Source of the DNA: Bacteroidetes bacterium ADurb.Bin145
GTDB taxonomy: Bacteria > Bacteroidota > Bacteroidia > Bacteroidales > VadinHA17
Assembly: GCA_002070505.1 (NCBI GenBank)
Contig: MWDJ01000004.1
Coordinates: 68,695 to 132,694, forward strand
DNA: 64,000 nt
Direction: 5' to 3'
Both the position numbers and the translations under genes were made by a program. Positions 45,886-53,813 of this stretch are shown piece after piece; position 1 is the stretch's first letter; every line of letters starts with the position of its first letter. The notes beneath the pieces are model-generated. The model saw only the letters and a program-made list of their open reading frames with translations. It was not told the DNA's origin and made no database searches.

Positions 45886-46029
45886 TTATTGTAAATACTC
45901 AAGATAATAGTAACTTGTAAAAGCGAATCCATTCTCGCGCAGCCACCTCCGTAATGCCTTGGCTACCTTCCTGCGCTTTATCAAAACCTTCCCGGTTATC
46001 TCCGAACTTATCTCATAAATTGCTTTCAT
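45886..46029 (-). CDS. Hypothetical small basic protein (47 aa)
   Basis: Hand-translated MKAIYEISSEITGKVLIKRRKVAKALRRWLRENGFAFTSYYYLEYLQ. It lies 45 nt upstream of the 64-aa ORF on the same strand. No family recognised. Confidence 0.2.
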   Translation of the reverse strand: MKAIYEISSEITGKVLIKRRKVAKALRRWLRENGFAFTSYYYLEYLQ

Positions 46030-46441
46030 GATATCTGATTTAAAGTTCTATTGTAAAAATAAACTGAAGGAGAAATAAAAACAAATAGCAAGTTCCCATT
46101 TAATGGACATTTACGACGACAATGCCCATGCTTCGTCAAAATAATCAGTGATGTTATTAATTTTTATCATGATCTCATACTCTTATATGTTCAGTTAGTC
46201 AAAAACAGATCATTATTGACTAACAAAAGCCGGGATTCATGAAACATATATAATGAGGTGATTTATATTACTGATTATCAGAGTAATATTATATATTTTC
46301 TGGAATAATTTATATATGGATTGTTTTGACGAATGCAACAAAAACAAGAGTATATTTTTCAATATTTCTCTCCCCGCAGTAACTTTAATGCTAAAAAATC
46401 TTCACCAATTGTCTTTTTTGATTTTTATGATAATTATATTT

Positions 46442-46602
46442 TATGAGTATCAGGAATCATTAATACTATTTACAAAATCGCTTGAAAATCAATTTATCTA
46501 CCCCTACCCCAAGGGGAGTAAATTGATTTTCTTCGCTCCCCTTGGGGCCGGGATAGACGAAGAAAATCAATAAAATATTGTGTATGATTCCTGATACTCA
46601 TA
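46442..46602. repeat. MITE-like 161-bp element with perfect 19-bp terminal inverted repeats and a nested hairpin core
   Basis: TATGAGTATCAGGAATCAT (46442..46460) vs ATGATTCCTGATACTCATA (46584..46602). Internal 12-bp GC stem 46507..46518 / 46536..46547. Confidence 0.6.
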
Positions 46603-46787
46603 TAATATTTATTACTCAAAGGAAAGAGGTCATATTGAATATATGGATGTCCATGTTGCACCAAGAAGCCTCTATCTGAGCCAGCTTAAAGACCGGCTTG
46701 GAATTGATGCTGTTATGAATATTGCAGGCGAGAACCAGTTCAAACAGACTACCCTGGGTAATCCTTTACAGGTTTTCTGATCCTTAC

Positions 46788-47885
46788 TTATTTGTTTATC
46801 CTGAGTAAGCCAAGGAATTCATTAAGGAAGAAGGTGTTATCGTGTATCCCGGAGAATCTCCCGGCCCCCGGGCCAAAAGAAAATATCGGCACCATCACAC
46901 CTGTATGGCTGCCACTCTCGATAAAATTTGAGATCACTTTATGGCTTTTCATGTCACCACCGGGTAATGTAAGTCCACCTGTCTCATGGTCGGCTGTGAC
47001 AATAATAAGGGTATTCCCGTTTTTTTCGGCGAAATCCTTTGCGACACTTATTGCCATATCAAGATCGATAACCTCAGTGACAGTATAAGGAAAATCTTTT
47101 GCATGGGCTCCCCAGTCGATCATGGATCCTTCAACCATCAGGAAAAATCCATCCTTATCGAGACTTAAAGTCTCAATAGCTTTCGAAGTCATCTGGGCAA
47201 GCATGCCTTCACGCCCTTCCATTGCCTTTGGCATATGCTCCTTTGCCAGGAGCCCTGCAATCTTCTGTGATCCGGATCTTTTAAGATCATCAATATTATA
47301 GACTACATCATATCCCATTTTCTTCAGATCAACAGTCAGATCAGCGCCGTCTTTTCTGTTCCGGAAATGATCTTCACCACCTCCTATGAAAACATCAACT
47401 GTCCCATTAAGAAAATCCTTTGCCAGATCCTCATAATTTCCACGACCTGAGTTGTGTGCAACAAAGGATGCCGGCGTTGCATGAGTGATGGCAGATGTAC
47501 TAAGTACACCTGTTGCCAGACCGTTTCTATGTGCTATCTCAGTTATTGAAGCAACAACAGTTGAATCGGGGCCCATACCGATCATACCATTCTTTGTTTT
47601 TACTCCGCAGGCTATAGCCGTCCCTCCTGCTCCTGAATCGGTTACATAATTATCTGATGAATTAGTCTTGCTGAATCCTGAATACGGAAATGATTCGAGA
47701 GTCAGGGGTGATCCGCTCATGCTCATCCCTGCATAAACCTGAGCTGTACCCATGCCGTCACCAATGAATAAGATAATATTACGGACTTTCGGCCGGCGAA
47801 CAGCTGATTTATTTATGTCCTGCCAGGAACATCCCGATGAAAGAATGATAAGGATTACGAGTGTCTTATATAAAAGTTTTTTCAT
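46788..47885 (-). CDS. phoA: Alkaline phosphatase (PhoA family) lipoprotein
   Basis: FIGDGMG, active-site NYVTDSGAGGTA, DWGAH, TADHETG. Lipoprotein signal MKKLLYK...LSSGC, so ATG 47885 is preferred over 47939. Confidence 0.85.
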   Translation of the reverse strand: MKKLLYKTLVILIILSSGCSWQDINKSAVRRPKVRNIILFIGDGMGTAQVYAGMSMSGSPLTLESFPYSGFSKTNSSDNYVTDSGAGGTAIACGVKTKNGMIGMGPDSTVVASITEIAHRNGLATGVLSTSAITHATPASFVAHNSGRGNYEDLAKDFLNGTVDVFIGGGEDHFRNRKDGADLTVDLKKMGYDVVYNIDDLKRSGSQKIAGLLAKEHMPKAMEGREGMLAQMTSKAIETLSLDKDGFFLMVEGSMIDWGAHAKDFPYTVTEVIDLDMAISVAKDFAEKNGNTLIIVTADHETGGLTLPGGDMKSHKVISNFIESGSHTGVMVPIFSFGPGAGRFSGIHDNTFFLNEFLGLLRINK

Positions 47886-47973
47886 GATGATTTGTTTAAA
47901 CATTATATACCTCAATGAAATAAACATTGGAGAATTCAATTTGTTAAGTGGTTTTTTGTTAAACCCCTGCTGA

Positions 47974-47981
47974 CAAATGTA
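47974..47981 (-). promoter_or_regulatory. -7 motif TACATTTG upstream of phoA
   Basis: Matches TAnnTTTG on the minus strand. Confidence 0.4.
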
Positions 47982-48183
47982 ATTTTTTTTACTGTATAAT
48001 TAAATCCTGCGCAAAACTATGTCATCCGTCAACCCGGAACAACCATTCGTTGACCGGCTCTTTTCCGGCTTTATATAATAACATACTTTCGATATGAAGT
48101 TTGATTTGAATGACTTCAGAAAGAAAAGAAAATATAGACAGTAAAAGACGTTTTTTGAAATTAACTAATTAATTCTTCAAGCC

Positions 48184-48666
48184 ATGAAAAAGATTTTATT
48201 TGCAGTTTTACTGCTCGGTTTTTGTTCCGCTACATTTGCACGGAATGTTGTTGCAGAAGGTAAGACATTTTCTGCAATGGGCGACTATAAGATTGAAACA
48301 ACCGACAATCCTATTCTTATGAAAGGACAGGATTGCAAGGCTTATCTTGTCAGCTATGCCAATTCTCCCCTGGAAGTAACAGTTGTTGTATGCAAGGACC
48401 GTAAATGCAAAAGATTTGTTGTCCTCTCCGACAAACTCTCAGTACAGTATGTATGCAACCAGGACTATTTCGGTGTTGAAAGACTCGATAAATCATTCGA
48501 AGAGGAAGGTTATGCAACCAACGATGCTGAACTCAACAAGCTTGAATACTTCCATCAGAAAGTGTTAGGTCCCGGACAGAAAGGCGACCTTGAAGCCACT
48601 CAGCTTGTTGCTGCTTATTTCCCATTCCTGCTCAACAATACAGACGATAATTCTGCTGCAAGGTAG
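48184..48666 (+). CDS. Hypothetical secreted protein
   Basis: Signal peptide MKKILFAVLLLGFCSATFA and a strong intrinsic terminator downstream. No family recognised. Confidence 0.6.
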   Translation: MKKILFAVLLLGFCSATFARNVVAEGKTFSAMGDYKIETTDNPILMKGQDCKAYLVSYANSPLEVTVVVCKDRKCKRFVVLSDKLSVQYVCNQDYFGVERLDKSFEEEGYATNDAELNKLEYFHQKVLGPGQKGDLEATQLVAAYFPFLLNNTDDNSAAR

Positions 48667-48722
48667 GTATGTATTCAAAAGGCCGTCCGGCCACGTTTTA
48701 GGTTTTTAATTAATCGGCGAAG

Positions 48723-48746
48723 AGGGACCTGTTCAGGTCCCTTTTT
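48723..48746 (+). terminator. Intrinsic terminator after the 48184..48666 gene
   Basis: AGGGACCT-GTTC-AGGTCCCT, a perfect 8-bp stem followed by TTTTTG. Confidence 0.8.
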
Positions 48747-48782
48747 GTATGGATAAATGTTTAGGGGATTTAAAGGCTGGAG

Positions 48783-49547
48783 CTAACCCTTGAACCTTGA
48801 CATGTGTATAAGAAAAAGATCCTTCCTGTTCCTTGATATAGGTATCTGTTCCCCGTCCTGCATTTCAATATAACCTCCCTCCTTCCTTATGAATTTCCTG
48901 ACAAACTTAAGGTTTATCAGATGTGAATTATGTGAACGGAAGAAGTAACGGTCACTCAGCAGTTCCTGGAATTCCTTAAGGTGCTTTGATACAAGTATCT
49001 TACGGTTGCCGGCAAGATAGAGCCAGGAATAGCTCCTGTCAGCTTCAATCCTTATTATCTCTTTGGGATTCAGATATTCCATGCCATCCGAAGTCGGGAT
49101 AGCCAGGCGGGAGGGCGTTCCTGACTTAAGGTTCTCCAGCAGCACCTTAATGCTTTCACCAGTCTCATATTTTGAGTCAGATCGTTTCTGGATCACCTTA
49201 CTGACAGCTTCAAGGAATTCGGTTATATTGATAGGTTTTAAGATGTAATCCACAGCGCTGAATTTGATAGCCTTGATAGCATAGTGGTTAAATGCCGTGA
49301 TAAAAATTACATCAAATTTCTTATCCGGGAATTCCTCAAGAAGATCGAATCCGGAACCGGCCGGCATCTCAACATCCAGAAAGATCAGATCAGGCCTGGT
49401 TTCCTGAATAGTTGCCACACCCTGTGAAACATTATAAGCTTTGCCTACCACTTCAAGATCAGGGCAATATTCTGCAATGATGGAAGTTATAAAATCCACC
49501 GCGTTTGCTTCATCGTCCACTACTACTGCCTTCAGTTTCCTGCTCAT
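48783..49547 (-). CDS. LytTR-family two-component response regulator
   Basis: REC domain (VVDDE..., FLDVEMP) plus a C-terminal LytTR DNA-binding domain (FFRSHNSHLINL). 4-nt overlap with the kinase gene. Confidence 0.9.
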   Translation of the reverse strand: MSRKLKAVVVDDEANAVDFITSIIAEYCPDLEVVGKAYNVSQGVATIQETRPDLIFLDVEMPAGSGFDLLEEFPDKKFDVIFITAFNHYAIKAIKFSAVDYILKPINITEFLEAVSKVIQKRSDSKYETGESIKVLLENLKSGTPSRLAIPTSDGMEYLNPKEIIRIEADRSYSWLYLAGNRKILVSKHLKEFQELLSDRYFFRSHNSHLINLKFVRKFIRKEGGYIEMQDGEQIPISRNRKDLFLIHMSRFKG

Positions 49548-51490
49548 GTCATTATCGGTATGTTGATCTGTACACGTGTTCCTTCAGGTTCGCCCTTATC
49601 ATTTTTAAGATCTGTGTAAACTGTCTTCAGGCTGGTTCCATAAAGCTCATTTACAAGATCAAGCCTTGAAGAAACAATCCTGGTCCCCATTGAATTATGG
49701 TTGCCGTTCTTCTGTTTTGTCCTCTCACTTGCTGCCTCTCTGCCAATTCCGTTATCCTCTATTGTACAGATAATATGATCACTATTAAGTCTAAGATCGA
49801 TTTTAACGAATCCCTTGTCAGCTTTTGGCATCAGACCATGGCAGATTGAATTCTCAACGTAAGGCTGAATGAGCATTGTGGGGATCTTGAATAGAAGTGT
49901 GTCGATCTCCTCATCGACAATAATATTATAATCAAACCTGTCTTTGAATCTTAAAGATTCAAGTTCCAGATAAAGATGTAAAGCGTCCAGTTCGTCCCGA
50001 AGCGGAATTGAAGTATGATTTGAGTTCTCAAGGACTTTCCGCATAAGGCTCGAAAACTTTGTAAGATAAGTATTAGTAGCCAGCTTATCATGCTGGTACA
50101 TATAATACTGTATGGAATTGAGCGTGTTGAAAATGAAATGAGGGTTCATCTGCTGACGCAGATTAGCCTGTGTAAGTTCGGAAATTTTTCGGTTCATTTC
50201 ACTCATTCTTCGTCTGTCCTTAAGCTTGGATTCCCTGAAAAGCAGTAACCCAATAATAACTGCAAGAATAAAAAACCCCAGGATCCCGGCATTAAGAAGC
50301 CTGTTATTCTTTAATCTCAGGGAAAGAAGTGCGACCTCCTTATTATGCATGTCTGCTTCATATCTCACTCTGGCCTCCGTTAAGCCCTGGGAACTTCTTC
50401 TTATGATAACTGAATCATTGAATTGTTTAAAAAGGACAAAACTCTTAAAGGCATTAATTGTATCACGTTCTGCAAGATAAAGCTGATGCATGTCATTATA
50501 AACCCATGACAGTGTGTACCAGTCTGATACCTTATTTGCCTGTTCAATTGATTGCTGATAGTATTTGATCGCCTTTACATGGTTCCCAAGATCGCGGTTA
50601 ATTGTACCCAGGTTACCATAGGAGTTTGCAGAAATACTTATTTGATTTCCTAATTTACTGTATTTAAGAGAACGTTCATATGAAACAATTGAGGAATCAA
50701 ACATATTCTCACGGTAATAATTCCAGCCTATATTTGCAGATGCAAATGCAGCATAGAAGTTATTGTCCTTGATCAGGGCAAGTTCTACGCATCTCCTTAG
50801 TATAGAATCGGCTTTCCTGAAATCACGTTGTTTATCAGTAAGTGACGTACCAAGCAGCAATAATGCATCCATTACCGCCATTGTATCGCCTTCAGCGTAC
50901 CCCGCATCTGCCATCAGACGGAGATTTTTCCTGTAATTGTTAAGGTCCTCAGCCGCATTATAAACATTTGCCTGCCCTCTGTAACTCATCGGGATTATTC
51001 CCTTCAGCTTATGTTTCTGTGCGAGATCTATACCCGCATTGAAGCTTTCTATGCTTTCCTTGAAGAATCCGGTCCGCTGATAATACCGTCCAAGAAAGTT
51101 TAAAGTCCTTGCCTGTACTTCATACTCTTTCGAGCCCTCCGATTTCTCCAGGGCCAGATTGCCCTGTTCTTCTGCACTGCTGTAATCGCCCGACTGAAAA
51201 AAGTACTCGGCTTTAAGAAGATGCAGACTGGAAGGACAATCTATCTTTCTTTTTTCGCACAGGAGAGTGGCTGAGTCCAGATAGGCATCAACCTCCTGCA
51301 GCTTGCCTTTCGATTTTTCCAGAAGTTCCCGGGCCATTCCGATAAAATGATCCAGCTTCTCTTCATCATCAGGAGCAATTGTTGACCTTATAATTCCTGC
51401 TGGTGTACCGGTCTTAACAACGGTTGCATTAACAGCACCAAACGGCAGGAAAACTGAAATAAATAACACAATAATTGCTTTCATGTTCAT
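49544..51490 (-). CDS. Sensor histidine kinase (LytS/His_kinase type) with periplasmic TPR repeats
   Basis: Signal peptide, TPR-like repeats, TM helix, NPHFIFNTLNSIQ H-box, C-terminal HATPase (DNGIG). Confidence 0.85.
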   Translation of the reverse strand: MNMKAIIVLFISVFLPFGAVNATVVKTGTPAGIIRSTIAPDDEEKLDHFIGMARELLEKSKGKLQEVDAYLDSATLLCEKRKIDCPSSLHLLKAEYFFQSGDYSSAEEQGNLALEKSEGSKEYEVQARTLNFLGRYYQRTGFFKESIESFNAGIDLAQKHKLKGIIPMSYRGQANVYNAAEDLNNYRKNLRLMADAGYAEGDTMAVMDALLLLGTSLTDKQRDFRKADSILRRCVELALIKDNNFYAAFASANIGWNYYRENMFDSSIVSYERSLKYSKLGNQISISANSYGNLGTINRDLGNHVKAIKYYQQSIEQANKVSDWYTLSWVYNDMHQLYLAERDTINAFKSFVLFKQFNDSVIIRRSSQGLTEARVRYEADMHNKEVALLSLRLKNNRLLNAGILGFFILAVIIGLLLFRESKLKDRRRMSEMNRKISELTQANLRQQMNPHFIFNTLNSIQYYMYQHDKLATNTYLTKFSSLMRKVLENSNHTSIPLRDELDALHLYLELESLRFKDRFDYNIIVDEEIDTLLFKIPTMLIQPYVENSICHGLMPKADKGFVKIDLRLNSDHIICTIEDNGIGREAASERTKQKNGNHNSMGTRIVSSRLDLVNELYGTSLKTVYTDLKNDKGEPEGTRVQINIPIMT

Positions 51491-51511
51491 TATCAGTTAT
51501 AAGCCGTACTG

Positions 51512-51519
51512 CAAAATTA
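51512..51519 (-). promoter_or_regulatory. -7 motif TAATTTTG upstream of the histidine kinase/LytTR operon
   Basis: Matches TAnnTTTG on the minus strand, 22 nt from the start at 51490. Confidence 0.45.
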
Positions 51520-51804
51520 AGAAATAAGGGCCGATCAGGGTACCATTATGCCTTATTTTAAAAATACAGCTTTTTATCCGTTTAAATATACGATAACAGT
51601 TTATTAAAACATGTTCCCATTTTACCGATTGCAGTTCCTGGTTAACGGATGACATTATGCGGTTCCAATTATTTTGATAGGCGCTGCGGACATGTTTTTA
51701 AGTGATTTATTTATTAGATTTTCAACAAACTCGTTTTTTCTTTTGACTATTGCACTTTTCCTCTATATTTACCGGTGATTGTAAAAAGTAACTCCCTGTA
51801 AAAT

Positions 51805-52920
51805 TTGGATACTGAAATTACTGTAATAGGGGCCGGAGTTGTAGGTCTGGCGACAGGTGAAAAGCTAACGGAATTATCGGCGGAGGTTTTCATTATCGAG
51901 AGACATCCCACTTTCGGTCAGGAGACGAGCAGCAGAAACAGTGAAGTTATTCATGCAGGGATCTATTATCCTGAAGGCACCCTCAAGGCAAGACTGTGTG
52001 TTGAAGGAAAATCTCTTCTTTATGATTATTGCTCCCGGTATGATATTCCTCACAATAAATGCGGCAAGCTCATCGTCGCCACAACTCCTGAGGAAATCCC
52101 CCGGATAGAATCATTAAGACTTAGTGCGCAAAAAAATGGCGTTGATCTTGAAATGATAGATGCGTCCCGCATTGCTCAGATGGAACCCGCTGTTTATGGC
52201 CTGAAAGCGTTATACTCTCATACCACAGGGATCATAGACACTCATTCGCTTATGAAAAGGTTTGAAACCAATATCCTGAATAACGGGGGTCATATCGTTT
52301 ACGGCTCTGAAGTTACCGGAATTATTAAGATTAACGGAGGTTATGAGGTTACCGTTCTTGAAGCTGACAATACATCATATAGTTTTACAACGAGGATCCT
52401 TATTAATTCAGGAGGTCTTGCTTCCGACAGGATATCAGCCATAGCAGGGATAAAAGACGATGATCTTTCGCTTCGTTTTTGCAAAGGAGAATACTTCAGG
52501 GTCCGCCCTCCGAAAAACAAACTGATAACAAGGCTCGTCTACCCGGTTCCCTGTAATAATCTTGAAGGTGTAGGCATACATGCTACAATTGAGACAGGAG
52601 GCGGGTTAAAGCTTGGTCCGGATGTAACTTATATCGATTCCGGAACGTATAATTATAAAATGACCCCTTCGAAACAGGAGTTATTCTGGAAATCGGCCAG
52701 GAAATACCTTCCATCCCTCGAATATGATGATCTTGTACCGGAAATGGCCGGAATAAGGCCCAAATTGCAGGGTCCCGGTGAACCTGTAAAGGATTTTTAC
52801 ATCAGGGAAGAAAGCGACAGGGGCTTAAAGGGATTCATTAATCTTATTGGGATCGAATCACCCGGTTTGACGTCCTGCATCTCCATAGCAAATTATGTGG
52901 CAAATCTTATCCGAATTTGA
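51805..52920 (+). CDS. FAD-dependent oxidoreductase (L-2-hydroxyglutarate oxidase/DAO-like)
   Basis: TTG start followed immediately by the dinucleotide motif VIGAGVVGLA. 371 aa. Confidence 0.7.
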   Translation: MDTEITVIGAGVVGLATGEKLTELSAEVFIIERHPTFGQETSSRNSEVIHAGIYYPEGTLKARLCVEGKSLLYDYCSRYDIPHNKCGKLIVATTPEEIPRIESLRLSAQKNGVDLEMIDASRIAQMEPAVYGLKALYSHTTGIIDTHSLMKRFETNILNNGGHIVYGSEVTGIIKINGGYEVTVLEADNTSYSFTTRILINSGGLASDRISAIAGIKDDDLSLRFCKGEYFRVRPPKNKLITRLVYPVPCNNLEGVGIHATIETGGGLKLGPDVTYIDSGTYNYKMTPSKQELFWKSARKYLPSLEYDDLVPEMAGIRPKLQGPGEPVKDFYIREESDRGLKGFINLIGIESPGLTSCISIANYVANLIRI

Positions 52921-52976
52921 AAATTATATTCTAAATTCGGTAATTCTTTTTTCGTAAAACACTAAATAAAGATAAA

Positions 52977-53804
52977 ATGAAATCACTTATCAATTCCAGG
53001 AGATTATTAGCTGTTGCTTTTCTCACTGCTTCGCTGTTAAACCTCTACTCTCAGAATAAAACAAATGACACATATGTGCCGGAAGTCGGACAAAGGGGAA
53101 AAGACGTTGTCTGGGTACCGACTCCTCAGGTACTTGTTGACACAATGCTTTCCATTGCCAGAGTCACACCGAAGGATTTTGTCATCGACCTTGGTTCGGG
53201 TGATGGCCGTACTGTTATAACAGCAGCCAAAAGAGGTGCGCAGGCGATGGGAGTTGAATTCAATCCGGATATGGTGGCTCTTTCAAGAAGGAATGCCGAA
53301 CAGGCCGGAGTAACGGCGAGAGCTCAGTTCGTTGAAGGTGATCTTTTCCAGGCCGATCTGTCAAAGGCAACAGTAATTACAATGTTCCTTCTGCCGGAGA
53401 TCAATCTTAAACTAAGACCCAAGCTTCTCGATCTGAAGCCTGGTACAAGGATTGTATCAAATACTTTTACAATGGGTGAATGGGAACCCGATCTCGAAGT
53501 GAACACTCCTGATAACTGGAACAGCTGGAATACAGCACTCTTGTGGATCATCCCTGCCAAAGTTGAAGGATCGTGGAAAGTCGGAAATGACGAACTTAAC
53601 CTGACACAGGAATTTCAGTTCGTACGCGGGACATTCACTTCAAACGGCAAAACGACTGCTATCTCAGACGGCAGGCTTAACGGCAGTGAGATCGTATTTA
53701 CTGTCGGAAACACCAAATATATGGCCAGGGTTGACGGGAATAATATGCGGGGAACAGCAGCCAACACATCCAGTAAATGGGATTGGGTAGCTGTTAAGAA
53801 ATAG
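52977..53804 (+). CDS. Class I SAM-dependent methyltransferase with N-terminal signal/anchor sequence
   Basis: Motif I VIDLGSGDGR and post-I GVEFNP. N-terminus MKSLINSRRLLAVAFLTASLLNLYSQ looks like a signal peptide. Confidence 0.7.
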   Translation: MKSLINSRRLLAVAFLTASLLNLYSQNKTNDTYVPEVGQRGKDVVWVPTPQVLVDTMLSIARVTPKDFVIDLGSGDGRTVITAAKRGAQAMGVEFNPDMVALSRRNAEQAGVTARAQFVEGDLFQADLSKATVITMFLLPEINLKLRPKLLDLKPGTRIVSNTFTMGEWEPDLEVNTPDNWNSWNTALLWIIPAKVEGSWKVGNDELNLTQEFQFVRGTFTSNGKTTAISDGRLNGSEIVFTVGNTKYMARVDGNNMRGTAANTSSKWDWVAVKK

Positions 53805-53813
53805 CAAACAGAG

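Noticed and set aside
46316-46573. 85-aa ORF in the track
   Set aside because: It runs through AT-rich low-complexity sequence and the palindromic core of the MITE-like element. It shows no coding-like composition or recognisable family.
45309-46787. Integrated prophage or genomic island at tRNA-Pro
   Set aside because: There are no integrase, phage or conjugation genes. The tRNA-like duplicate covers the D-arm side rather than the 3' end that integrases duplicate, and the stretch is only about 1.5 kb.
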